A stretch of DNA of 63,617 nucleotides, the filler included, from Sphacelaria rigidula (taxonomy: Eukaryota): the NCBI GenBank assembly GCA_964200075.2. It is 2 parts of 2 records of this genome, joined end to end, with 100 filler letters (N's around TTAATTAATTAA, not from the genome) between each part and the next. Parts side by side here need not be neighbours in the genome. Positions count along the whole stretch, not along the records: positions 1 to 31,817 come from CAXNAA020000045.1; positions 31,918 to 63,617 come from CAXNAA020000046.1. One strand, 5' to 3'. The position numbers and the translations under genes are program-made. A model generated the notes under the pieces. It saw only the letters and a list, made by a program, of their open reading frames with translations. It did no database searches and had not been told where the DNA came from. Shown here piece by piece: positions 24,801 through 35,985 of the stretch (position 1 is the stretch's first letter; each line of letters opens with the position of its first letter).

Positions 24801-27800
24801 ACCCGTTGCCACAGAAGTGGGCTCGTCTTTCCAATACCGTCCCTGCTATTCCTTTCAAAACATGGAGTTCCCATCATTTTTTTCTGAAACTCAAGACTAG
24901 ATCGATACAATAACGGGAACCATCAGCCAAAATATCACCAAAATGACCGTAAGAATGGAGATATCAAGAAAAGCAGGTGAGAAATAGCTTTCCCGAGTTC
25001 ATCGGGATGAGGGGAAAAAAGAAAACCTCTTGGAATCTGCTAAAAAGGAGAAAGAAGTCAGGAAGAGACAGATGACAAAAGGGGATAAGCATGGCCATCA
25101 AGCGAAGGTCAACTCAAACAACCGCAGGCACCCTCACATGCAACTACCGCAATTGTTCGGGAAGATGGAAGATTCACTAGCGAGTGCGCTACCCGATGGG
25201 CCACTGATACATTCCGAAGGTCCTCGGTAGGCACTGAGGGAAATCTAATATTGGCACAGCAAACAATTCCTTCACATGGCGCGCTTTGGTCCAGATGGCC
25301 ATGTACATGTTAGCCCCTTCCTTCACGACTAGGTACCATTCGGACACATCATGGGCAACCTTCGTCAACGATAAAGCGTTTATTCTGAAGTTAGAACAGT
25401 ATGCCGTGATATGGTTGTAGCCGTCTTGTTGGTCGGCCTGTCTGCTTCGTCGTTCTCTCCTTCCAGTAGCGGTTCAGACTTTCGGAGGTTGGCTGTAGCT
25501 GTCACGGGAGTCTTGATCTTCCAGTTGATGATCACCGCCTCGCCCGACTTGATTTTGACGAAATCAAAATCGTTCTGTTTCATGCTTCATCGGGACTAAT
25601 CAGCCACCGAGTGGCTCGTCTCGGAAGGATCAGACGACATCTTATTGGAATCTCTTGTCTTCGTTGCGACCACCTATTCGATATAGCAGCGCAAATCTAC
25701 CTTTTTTCTCAGGTCAAACCTTTCCCACTGTAACACGCCCAAAAACGAATATCACGGTGGCTTAGTTTCTCCTTTCCGTCCGTTGCGTGGCTGCGTTGAC
25801 TAAACGCTCGGTGAATTTCGAAAAGATGCTCATCCGAGGGTCTAACGCTGTGGGCTACACCTCTTACCCGGACAACGTGGTTGCGGAGTTCGTGCGACTG
25901 GCGGCCAAGAACGGCATCGATGTATTCCGCGTGTTCGACTGCTTCAACGATGTAGAGCAGATGCGCGTTTGCATCGACGCCGTAAGGAAGGCAGGCAAAG
26001 TGGCCGAGGTACGTTTCATCCATTGGTGTCGGTCCCGGGTGCTGTTACTTTGGCGTGTCCCAAGATGCACTGTACATTGCGTGCACCCCCAACTGTGATT
26101 GTGGAGTCGTCCAATCTCGGGTTGCTCATCAGCGAGCGTATATGTGATCGTTCGACCGCAAAGCGCTCTAGTACCCTTTGTGCATCGGAAGCACAAAGCA
26201 GTTGCAATGACATGTCTGCACCAATGTGAACACATATCAGTCGATGTGTTGTCGCTGATGTTCGCCCTGCCTGTTTTGCTTTGCTCCGGCCTCAAGGTTT
26301 GCGTGTGCTACACGGCTGACCTGTTGACTTCGTCCATCTTCACTGTAGACTACTACAAGGGGGTCGTCAAGAGCGCCGTTGACGCTGGGGCTCACATGAT
26401 CGGTATCAAGGTGAGCAATTTTCCTCGTTGCTTTCATCATTCTTGTCGTTCTCGTTCCGGGAGCTACACTGAAAAGTGCAGCATCGACCGTTGCATCAAG
26501 AAGCGGCCACGAGAATTTGCTCACAACGTCCAGTTTGTATTCTACCGTTGGTATGGGGTACTGAAATCACGATACTTGCACTCGAACATTCAGGTTGTTG
26601 AAAACATTTCGAACAGAGACGGCGCGACCTGCAAAGTAATGTGCGAGGACTCTCGACATACACGCTGCCCTCCGAGGTGTCACCGCATATAAGCGCACCT
26701 CCCGACGAGCCTATAAATTGCGCCAACGAGTGTGATGACGTCCCTGACAACCTTTAACTGCAGGACATGGCGGGTCTGTTGAAGCCTCGAGCGGCGTCCG
26801 TACTTGTGGAGGCTATCCGCTCAGTCACGGACATCCCCATCCACTTCCACACACATGCGACAAGCTCTTGCTCTCTCGCCACGGCCCTCGAGATGGCTCG
26901 GGCTGGCTGCGATGTCATCGACTTCGCGACGGCATCAATGGCGGACTGCACATCTCAGCCAAGGTGCATGCCAAACACCTCCGTGAAGACGGACACTGGT
27001 GGACCGAGCGCAGCGTAGTATGAACAAACAACTGGGTTGGAAGGCCAACGAACGGTTCGGCATTTTTGAACCGTATCAGATTGTCTAACTCAGCGGATGA
27101 GATGCTCATGTTCCAACGCAACGCACGTTTATAAGCTTGGAAAGACACCACGCTGACCAACGTGTTGCCTACGTGTTCCCGTCCGTCGGCGAGCAGTTTG
27201 AACGGTTTCTTGGCGTCGACCGAGGGTAGCGACATGGCCCCCGAAGGCACCGGTTACCTAGGGCTTGAACCATACGACGTTTACTGGAGCAGAGTGCGAG
27301 ATATGTACGCGCCGTTCGAGAACGGGATGAAGAGCGGAACGGCCAGGGTATTTGATCACCAGATCCCCGGTATGTCCTGGATGAACGCCTGATTCACTCT
27401 TATCGCCGATTTCACGATCTCCTACCGCCCCGCCACCACGTTCCTGTGGTCAAGCATCATGATCGGCGTAAAATCGCGTGTTGCGAGGGACGTACAACAA
27501 ATGAACCGGTTTCATGAACACAAATATTAATATTGAGGATTGCGCAGTCAGTTTGCCAATTCGCCGTCAACTTGATCAGCGAAGTCGATTACGCGCAGGC
27601 GCCAGGTGAGGGGGTGACCTTGGGATAAGCTTTCCCCCCAGAATATGTGAGGGCCTTACCGGAGGGACAAATACACGAGTGCCCTTCTCCGATTTTTGAG
27701 TATGCATACCTCGTCTCGTGACCCGTTAGGGGACCGTGTGGGATCTACTTGCAAGTAGTTTACTGCACAAAATTTTACTTCACGGTCGAAGTAAAGGGAC

Positions 27801-27967
27801 AACCGAGCGCTTTTTGCGATGAAAAGGAAGGCAAGCGCCACAGAAAAGAGGCGTTCTTGAAAGAAGGTGCAAAAGACATCCTGTGCTGTTTCGTCCCTCC
27901 TGTGTGACGCTGGTTACGCTGGTTGATGTGAACTGCCTTCCAAAATTGATGGGATGACAATACACAA

Positions 27968-28014
<47 letters not shown>

Positions 28015-30230
28015 GGCTCGTGCAACGTCTTTTGGTGAACACTAGTGTTCGCTATGTGGATACGTGGCACACCGTGGAATTATCGACACTAAACATTGCG
28101 GAACTTGCTCCGTGTTGTTGTGTTGATTGTACTTTGTATTTTGTGCAAATAACCAGTGCGTTTTCTGTAACCAAAACTCTTCTCACGGTGCCTCCTCGCG
28201 TATCGTTCCTCCGGCAGGCGGGCAGTACTCGAACTTGATGGTTCAGTGCAAAAGCATGGGGATCTGGGACAAATGGGAAGACGTTTTGGATATGTATCGT
28301 GACGTCAACCAGTTGTTCGGCGACATTGTCAAGGTACCTCTAGGAAAACAGTGTTTCGAATCGAGATTCGCGATCGAGATTCGCGGAGACTCCCCTCTCC
28401 CGCGTTTTCTGCGTGCCGTCGATGGTGCCATGGACGAGTAGCGCGATACACATCACCCTTAACCCTTGGACCGCGAGGGTAGGTCACCTGCTGAATTGAC
28501 ATCAATATTCACTTTTTTGAAGTACGCGTGATCCAGATGGACTACCCGCATCGCAGTCTAAGGGTCAGTTGTCGCCCCAATGGATCAACCGTGCTGTTGC
28601 CATAAACATCATGCTCACCTGTTAACACTCAAACCCAGTCCACTGGGCGAGAGGCTGCTCGGTTCACCCACACGTTGCGCGTGGTGTACGGTATGTCTTT
28701 TATCAGGTTACGCCCTCGTCCAAGTGCGTGGGAGACCTGGCGTTGTACCTGGTGACTAGAGGCCTGGCGACTTCGGATGTTACCGATCCGGCCAAGAACG
28801 GGCAAATCGACTACCCAGACTCTGTCGTGGCACTCCTCGAGGGCCGGTTAGGATTCCCGCATAAGGGCTTCCCTGAAAAGGTGTTGTATTAAGCGTGACT
28901 GTCCTGCAGTGTGTTGTTGTTTTGATGCTTCATGCTGAACACCCCTGTCCTTGGCGTGGTGGAAGCAGCAGTTGGTTTGCAGGGAGTCCTTCTGCTGTCC
29001 TTCGAAAAAAGTTGGTTGTTCGTGGTAGCATTCTCGTGTTGACCGTGCGTCGTACTTTTGAAACACTTCACAAAGTCTCGCGCTTGGTCACATTTTCTGT
29101 GATCTGTGACAGGTGTCTTGTGCCATCCTTGGCGACAAAAAGCCCCTGACAACCAGACCCAGCGCTGCTCTGCCGCCAGCCGACTTCGCGAAGGTCAAAG
29201 CAGAACTGCAGAGCGACGTTGGAGATGTGTTGGGGGAGGTGACTGACGAACTGGTGATATCTTCGCTGCTCTACCCGAAGGTGCGTGATTGTGAACACGC
29301 TTCGTCTGCCGTGTCCACTGGTACTTCCGCGTAGTACCGACTACCGCGCACAAAATTGTGATTTGATACTCACTCGATACCTCAGAGCGGGCCAACCTTG
29401 GAAGATGCGTGGGCGACCATGGACGGTTGGGTGCTTCGCCTTCGTCACTCATCCATCGCGGGATGTGCTCACCTTCGACCGCTGATGTGTGTACGCATGT
29501 GCAGGTGTTCAACGACTACGTTGCTGTGATGAAGGAGAGTTCGCCTCTTCTCACGCTCCTCCCCACCCCAGTCTTCTGGTATGGTCTAGTTGTGGGCCAA
29601 GAGTTCCCCATTTCTCTTCCCAGCACCGCTGCTGCGTGCCTTCTTCAACCCGAGGGCGCACAGGCAAGCACAGTCATCGTAAACGGCTGTCCTGCAGAAG
29701 TGAGAATAAAGCTGGAGCGAGTGGGGCCAGCCAAGAAGGGGAGTATGAGGACAGTGTCTCTCAGGGTTTCCGGTGCGTTGCAAAACGTGGAAGTGAAAGA
29801 CTCGACCTCTGGAGATGACTTCGCGGGGCCCATGGCGGCTGTCGACAATCCATTACAGGTGATGTTCCTGCTTGCGTGATCATTATTGGTACAGTCAATG
29901 CTGACCGTCGAGGAGACGCGGGAGTGTTTTTTATATTCCTCACCCCTTGTTGTTTGGACCTGATGTACCTATGAATGAATTCATCTTGCCACATCCGCGT
30001 ACAACGTTCTCCCATCTCGGTAGGTGGGGTCACCAATGCCAGGTGTGGTCGAGAAGCTTCTTGTGGTGGAGGGGGCATCAGTATCTGAGGGGGACGTGGT
30101 GGCAATCGTGTCGGCCATGAAGATGGAAGTCCAAGTCAAGACCACGAAAGCTGGAACTGTGGCGGGGTTGGCAGTAGCGGAAGGGGGGAAAGTGATCGAG
30201 GGTGCCCTTATCGCGAATTTGAAGGAGTAG
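11884..30230 (+). CDS. Single-chain biotin-dependent transcarboxylase-like protein: AccD-AccA-pyruvate carboxylase CT-biotin carrier fusion, 22 exons, about 1270 aa, no biotin carboxylase domain
   Basis: Hand-spliced GT-AG exons: 11884-12085, 12509-12654, 17039-17263, 18678-18875, 20494-20713, 21098-21213, 21546-21713, 22042-22156, 22433-22520, 22751-22921, 23259-23538, 24072-24161, 24624-24728, 25826-26008, 26297-26410, 26764-26963, 27197-27369, 28218-28333, 28707-28880, 29113-29280, 29505-29858, 30024-30230. The sum is 3813 nt, intron phases are compatible and no internal stop was seen. Family motifs appear in order along the chain (see sub-features). Confidence 0.9.
13240..14080. repeat. 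AT-rich segment with degenerate direct repeats
   Basis: The unit gaggatgga(t/c)gg...ttgatt...caagggaaagacaa recurs at ~13265-13377, ~13921-13971 and ~14032-14078. Confidence 0.6.
14090..14200 (+). mobile_element. SINE family A internal fragment
   Basis: tcgtgggtacacaaaattcgact...ctgaaccgctctcgcgat matches the reverse complement of ~63170-63270. Confidence 0.65.
14237..14342. mobile_element. piggyBac-type MITE copy (fusion gene intron 2)
   Basis: cttcgaccgc...gatgccgattcagcaggttacctaccctcgcggccgaaggg. Confidence 0.65.
17309..17418. mobile_element. piggyBac-type MITE copy (fusion gene intron 3)
   Basis: ttaatccttg...gagggtaggtcacctgccgaattggcatcaa...cgcggtccaagggtcaa. Confidence 0.72.
17997..18559. 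mobile_element. hAT-like MITE related to the 51604-52920 element
   Basis: Termini agttgtgaagtgg ... ccagttcacaact, with clustered AACTGG/CCAGTT subterminal motifs at both ends. Confidence 0.55.
20494..22921 (+). CDS. Exons 5-10 of the fusion gene: acetyl-CoA carboxylase carboxyltransferase alpha (AccA-like) domain
   Basis: Motifs [82 protein letters not shown] and [10 protein letters not shown] match AccA. Confidence 0.9.
23259..29858 (+). CDS. Exons 11-21 of the fusion gene: pyruvate carboxylase carboxyltransferase (HMGL-like/PYC_OADA) domain plus tetramerisation/allosteric domain segments
   Basis: Motifs [86 protein letters not shown] and [10 protein letters not shown]. Confidence 0.92.
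27765..28010 (+). mobile_element. SINE family A-related 3' body ending in (CA)n
   Basis: cacaaaattttacttcacggtcga...ctcctgtgtgac...gatgggatgacaa followed by (CA)n at ~27962-28010. Confidence 0.65.
28459..28568. mobile_element. piggyBac-type MITE copy (fusion gene intron 18)
   Basis: ttaacccttggaccgcgagggtaggtcacc...cgcagtctaaggg. Confidence 0.75.
30024..30230 (+). CDS. Exon 22 of the fusion gene: C-terminal biotin carboxyl carrier (biotinyl) domain
   Basis: VGSPMPGVV...[10 protein letters not shown]...GTV contains the AMKM biotinylation motif. TAG stop ends at 30230. Confidence 0.92.
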   Translation: MGSPMPGVVEKLLVVEGASVSEGDVVAIVSAMKMEVQVKTTKAGTVAGLAVAEGGKVIEGALIANLKE

Positions 30231-31223
30231 CTTGTCGAGTTGAAAGTGTAAGATGGGTGCTTGTCAGTTAGGTGTTGCCCATGGTAAGACGGCCGAGTTC
30301 GCCACACGCGTCTTTTCAGCGTTGTCGTCCGCATTGTGCGTCTCTATTGTGACGTATCGATTGACCCGACTCGATATGTGTCGCTTCCCTTGAGTAAGGC
30401 CATTGCGTTTTTTGTAAAAATGGTGTTCGTTGTGAAGTAGTTGAGGATACCCCCATTCGGAGTGATTCGTGGTGTACCCTGTTCTTCTTGACCTTTTCTC
30501 CCGCTTGTTGAATTCTGACAAGTTTTACAGTGTCAACGGCCCTAGCGGAAACGACACTCGTGTTGTACTGATTCGCGTGACGAAACAGGCTATGGACTCC
30601 CGCGCGGGCCGGTGAGATCGAGAAATTTTCGCAAGTGAGGCTTAGTCGGTAATATTTAGTTTTCAATTCGGAGAATATCTGGGCAGGGGATAGTTCATCC
30701 TGGCTTGTTGCCTACCCGTACACTGAACCGTCCTCAGGGCAAGTGGGCTTGAGGGCTTTTCTGTGTGGCCGGGGTAATGGAGTGCACCCACGTGAATGGC
30801 CAAAAACTCTGTACGAAACTAGGGCTATTAATAAGAAAGGTACCGCAAGGGTTCCTGTTTGTCTCCGGGAGACAGGATTGTCGAAAAGTTTCCAATCGTA
30901 TGCATTTACCATGTGGTGAGAAGAAATAGATGACATGACACAACAGAGCAGATCTTCGGGTTACTCGCACGTCGGCGACGCTATCTTCGTGCAAAGAAAC
31001 ACCGCTGACTCTAGACCTAACCCTACCGACAACCATCTCCGTATTACCCCAACGCAAGACATACCGGGCAAGGCGTGCTTTCCTGTGCATGTGTGTGCGC
31101 GTTGCATACCCCAAATATTCATCGGCCGCGCGTATTTGCCATTTCTCAACGGTGGACACAAATTTCAGACCGAACATGAAAATTATCCGGAGCCGCCCAC
31201 AACGGGGGGAGCGCACGAAACTT

Positions 31224-31332
31224 TTAACCCTTCGACCGTGAGGGTGAGTCACCTCCTAACTCAACATCAATTTCACTTTCTCAGAGTATACGTGGTGCAG
31301 ATGATCTACTCGCAGCGCGGGATATGTGTCAA
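31224..31332. mobile_element. piggyBac-type MITE copy with a degenerate right end
   Basis: ttaacccttcgaccgtgagggtgagtcacc...catcaatttcactt. Confidence 0.6.
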
Positions 31333-31622
31333 CCTTGAGTGAAAATCCATTCGAGGTGGTCTATTCCAGTAATTACAGGGTATCTTGGAACCACTCTACA
31401 GGCTGGTTCAGGCTCATCATGAAAAAAGAACTCATGGTTGAAAATACTCTCTTTACCCGAGGGATTGCGGCTTCCCCGTCCGTCCGCCAGGTGTGATTGA
31501 AGGACGGCATAGTTTTTGAGATTGCACGTGATGACCACGGGGTAACTCAGTTTCTCGTCTATAAAAATGACTGTCTTCCTACCTTCGAACTGTTCGATGC
31601 CCGTTGCTTTCTGATAGAAACG

Positions 31623-31725
31623 TTAACCCTTGGACCGCTAGATGAGACTCTGGGTTATGCACACTTTTTTCAGTTGAAATTGATGCCGATTCAACCCAAG
31701 ACTAACCTCGCGGTCTAAGGGATAA
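31623..31725. mobile_element. piggyBac-type MITE copy
   Basis: ttaacccttggaccgc...ctcgcggtctaaggg. Confidence 0.72.
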
Positions 31726-31817
31726 ATTGTCGATTTGAGATGATATCGCGCGTCGAGTTTGGAAAACCGAGTTCCACTCCCTGAAGTCCGAATGGCCACC
31801 TGCGGCACCGGATCTTC

Positions 31818-31917
31818 NNNNNNNNNNNNNNNNNNNNNNNNNNNNNNNNNNNNNNNNNNNNTTAATTAATTAANNNNNNNNNNNNNNNNNNNNNNNNNNN
31901 NNNNNNNNNNNNNNNNN
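31818..31917. other. Artificial 100-nt contig linker/gap (N44-TTAATTAATTAA-N44)
   Basis: Symmetric N runs flank a palindromic 12-mer that places stop codons in all six frames. Confidence 0.95.
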
Positions 31918-32490
31918 AAAAAAAAAGTGCCCGGGCATAAAAAGGGCGGGAGAAACAAAGGCAAAAAAATACACCAAAAAAAAAAAAACCCCCCCCCCCC
32001 CCCCCCCGCTTTGTACCTCATTGCGCATAATGTTGCAGTGGTGAGCCTCTACATGCGCTTCGCATTAGTCACGCTGTCGAAATAGGCGTTTCAATGTCCA
32101 TGTTAACGTTTCAGCGTTTTTATCTCCGATACGCGTTAGGATCCAAGCGCGATTGGAAACGTAGTTCCTGGGGTCTGACCGCGCCAGATATTTGCATGAT
32201 CCTTGTTCTATTCTACACGACCCCGGAGATTGACCAGGAGACTGCTTGTTGTTGAGTACAGTGTGCGTGTTTTACGTGTTCCCACAAGTGTGTCAACGTC
32301 CAACCACGAATACGGTACAGCACCGCTTCACTCAAGGTACACGTCCACTGTCCATCGTTCCAAATTGTTTCTCCAGTAGCTCACTGACTGTACATATCGG
32401 CATGACGAATACATTGAACACCAACTTTTTCCGTCTGTGGTTGTGCACGGCCCTGCCGATTCTCTCCGGGCGAACCCGGGTGTGTACCAG

Positions 32491-35223
32491 AACTACGAGT
32501 TGACCTACGGGACAAAGAGGGGCAAGCGTGGGTCCGTGACCTTCGTATTTTATCGCGTCTTCGAGACCTGCATGCTACAAGCCGTAAACCCACATGTGCG
32601 GCAAGCTTACGCGGTCTATTTCGGTTGCGGGATGCATCTTCTGCACCTTTACCCGGTGATGTTTCCACCGCAGCTGGAAATCGCTCTCCGAAAGTAAGCC
32701 ACGAGCAACTGCTGCTGTCTTATCGACTTTTAGTGGTGTGACATTGGTACCATTGGCTCCTCTTTTTCTTGGTTTTGCCTACACAAGACAAGCAAACCCA
32801 GCAAATATCATCGATACTCGTAGCTTCGTTTTTTTTTTTTCAAATCTCAAGGTAGCAAGAACTTGAGGTGGAATTCTCGGTTGCCCCGTCTGCACGGTAG
32901 ACTGACTCACTTGCTTCATTCCGTGTGCTGTATGCACGCGTGTTGAAGAAGTGAAATCGCACCTCCCACCAAGCAGCACGTGATGAAGTGAAGTCAACGC
33001 GCCTCGTCTTTCGCCCCCTCTTCACGGTGCCACCGCGCACGCTCTCTAGTTGGATTCATTACGAGGGGATCATGACGCAGCAGGCGGAGAGGTTTCGAGC
33101 GGTGAGTTGGAGGAGAGACCGTTCGTGAGCATGTTACCGAGAAATACGTACCTGTGAGTAATGTGTGCAACACTCTGTACACTCTGTTTTCGCATATTAT
33201 TTCTTGCCGGTACATTGACACACCCTCAAGGTGTGACTTACTGTGCTCCTCTTTTCGCGGTCATCCTGCCCTATTTCTTTTTTCACGGTACGTCGGAACG
33301 TGCCTTCGGTGGTGTGCCGCTTGGTTTGTGATGACACCGAGCTATCGTCGTTGGTGTTTGGCCAGGCCCTGACTCCTCCTTTCCCCTCAGGCGGGACAGC
33401 CTTACCTTACGTGGGCAGGATCGGGGTGATGTATTATTAGCTATTCAATCGCGTGCCAGTGTAGAAGGTTGCGTGTTCGGCCGAAACGAAAACTCGTCGA
33501 AAGAACCCGAAGGATGGTTATATACAGTATCGTTTGTTATGGCATCCACACGAGGGCACTCTCCACCCTGTTTTGACGGGGGTGCGGGTGGGGGTTGCGT
33601 CTGTCAAGTACAAAGCTGCTTGCTACATGTTATGTCAATCTGCTGCTGCATCTGTGTTTTCAGGGGAAAGAGAAACGAACACTGGAGCTAGAGTGTTTAG
33701 ATATGCACTACTACTGAATGATGTATCGGTAATTGTCCTTAGTTTTCATGCTGCTCAGTAGCCTCGTTCTTCTTCCTCTGCACAACTGTCGGCTATGTGT
33801 GTGTGTGTGTGTGTGTCTGTTTTCGTCGCATTTGTTCTGGATGTCTACACTTCCCGGCTTATGTTGGCGCACCAACCGGGGCCACACAGGAGGAGGGTCA
33901 CACAAAAGCTTTTTTTTTTTTGTCTTACAATTTACCGGGGAGAGATGGGTTGATCCCTTGAGACCACGGACTCGTCCCTGAGGAAAGGGGAAGCGAAGGG
34001 TTTAGAGTGTGATGAAAAGAAAAGTAAAACACGAAATTGTGTGCAGATTTTAAAATGGAAATTGCCACCTATGCTTAACTTCGCAAGAAAACATGGACAG
34101 TTCAATATTTGGTCAGTACCCAAGGCACTTGACATTTTCACGTATAGATAATATCCCCGGAGGAATACTGCTGTGACTTGACCTGCCCCATTTTCATGAG
34201 ACTGTGATTTGAAACCTTCACTACGCCCGTACCTAACCCTTGTCCTGTATTGGGGGCGGGGGGTTGAGTCAGGTTCTCAATGCCATTCACCACGTCTCGA
34301 TCACTCACTGTCAGGTCAATGAGGGAGTGAAACTGGTGTACATGACCACGCATTCCATAGACGAGAGCCGGTACTTCGGGGAATGGAAGGAAACGCTCGA
34401 CGGTTTCCTGAGACACGATCCCAACCTCTTGCGGCAGTGCACAGACAAGGTGAGATATGTCCTTGCAGTACAGCGTGCCTGACAAAGCTGCCCACCCGAC
34501 GTGTCCGACTGCAATCTTGAAACACCCGTCCGGGCAGGCGGGACGTTGGAAGGCGTGGTTTCGCTTTCACCGAGTCCGCATATTGTCCTCGGTCTCGAGG
34601 ACGCTTGAATGGAGAGACGCGAAGTTTCACAAATCTGTCATCGTAGAAATGTAGTCAGACCTAACCGCTGTCGAGGATGGAGAAAGCTGCACACTCTGGA
34701 TAATAACAAATGATTACATTGTAAAAAAATGTACTGTGTGCAGTATGGAATCTATTGTCTATTGCAGCAGACGCAATAGTCGATACTGTTCGCAGTATAT
34801 GCTTTCAACAACGTAATCCATTGTTCAGGGTGTGGAAAATTGTAGCTGCGGGGCGTTATCTGTTGTCCCCATAGTGCCATGATCATATCACGACTCGGTT
34901 GTCTCCTGTACCTGAAAATAGCGCACATACACAGGAAACATGTTTTAACCGCATATTCCTTGCACGCAACCAACGGCTTTTTGCCTGCTCGATAGTTTCT
35001 TCGCGCGCTGCCCAACGAATCGCCGTGGAGGAAGCAACTCGAGCAACTTTGCGTGGACACCGTTTTCGGAGCGAGGTCTGTGGATATGCTCAACGATCGC
35101 GGAGTCAAGGCGATGAAGAAGATCGGAGTGCCGGTTCTTCCGGCTCACACCTTAGTTGAAGGGGAGGCGTTTGCGACACCAGCGGGGGATGGGCGACACT
35201 ATCCGATCCTTGTACCTTTGGAG
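32491..35223 (+). CDS. Partial multi-exon gene, possible SGNH/PC-esterase-like protein; both ends unresolved
   Basis: Well-formed phase-0 exons 34315-34449 (VNEGVKLVYMTTHS...) and 34996-35223 (...PAGDGRHYP..., a DxxH-type motif). Tentative upstream exons near 32491-32583, 33050-33101 and 33366-33425. The 5' end probably lies beyond the contig break. Confidence 0.5.
33796..34030. mobile_element. Back-to-back SINE fragments: family A tail with (TG)n on minus, family B tail on plus
   Basis: (TG)n followed by ccggggccacacaggaggagggtcacac, then ggggagagatgggttgatcccttgagaccacggactc, which matches ~39078-39160. Confidence 0.65.
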
Positions 35224-35926
35224 GTGTTTTGGTTGTTGACAATGATTGTGGGTGATCCGTGAGGTGAAAGATGGTTCAGAAAAGTATAGTACCTCCCAGT
35301 GCCAGTAATAGTTTAGTCTGATGTTTGTCATGGTGTTATACCATGTTTTCCCCCCTGGGTAGCGTGAGCCGTTCTGAGAGTTGTGCTCTGACTTTTGGGT
35401 GTGGTGTTCGATGATTTGTTTTGTTCATGTTCCCGGCCAAAATAAAAGGGGTACCACCATTGTTGCTGTGGTCTGTCCCACACGGGCAGTACTGCTGTGC
35501 CACCTCGATGGCATCGGTTTGTTAGAATATTTTTTTGAGTGACGTTGCGACAAAATCTCACGCGCACCTTTCGTGCAGCGTGCTCGATGCACTCGCAGCA
35601 AGCAAGCGCCCTTCCTTGGTGCGATCGGCGTGCGATTGAAATATTATGTTAGATATAGAGATTGTATACAAAACAATATCGCTGGGTGTGCTTTGCAATC
35701 GACTTTACCTCAGCTGGTTCCCGAAGCCAGTACTACGGTATCATGGTGCGCTGACTTTCCCTCCGCGAATTGTGCTTCCGGTCGTTGCCGGTGCAGTCCT
35801 CATTTTTTTCTTTTCAAGAATCTAGTTTTGGTGGACGACTGCCCACGCTATGTCTGCAATATAGACGCCTCGGTAGTAAGGTTAAAAATAGCTGAGCCAC
35901 AAGATGCTCCCACGGCGTTTCTGTTT

Positions 35927-35985
35927 TGTGTGTGTGTGTGTGTGTGTGTGAGTGCGCATGTGCGTGTGTGGGTGCGCATGTGTAT
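35927..35985. repeat. (TG)n microsatellite with a degenerate tail
   Basis: Directly visible in the sequence. Confidence 0.85.

Noticed and set aside
25130-25600. Possible hAT dimerisation-domain relic on the minus strand of fusion gene intron 13
   Set aside because: The resemblance (ELFAVP...RTFG) is too weak to call without an HMM search.
25821-26296. AAG acceptors (fusion exons 14 and 15) as non-canonical splicing
   Set aside because: They are still GT-AG introns; AAG is a less common but normal acceptor.
23259-30230. Stand-alone pyruvate carboxylase or oxaloacetate decarboxylase gene
   Set aside because: No BC exons were found, and exon 10 ends at a phase-2 donor that matches the exon 11 acceptor, so the frame continues from AccA.
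31862-31873. Palindrome TTAATTAATTAA as a regulatory or target site
   Set aside because: It sits inside N runs and is an assembly spacer.
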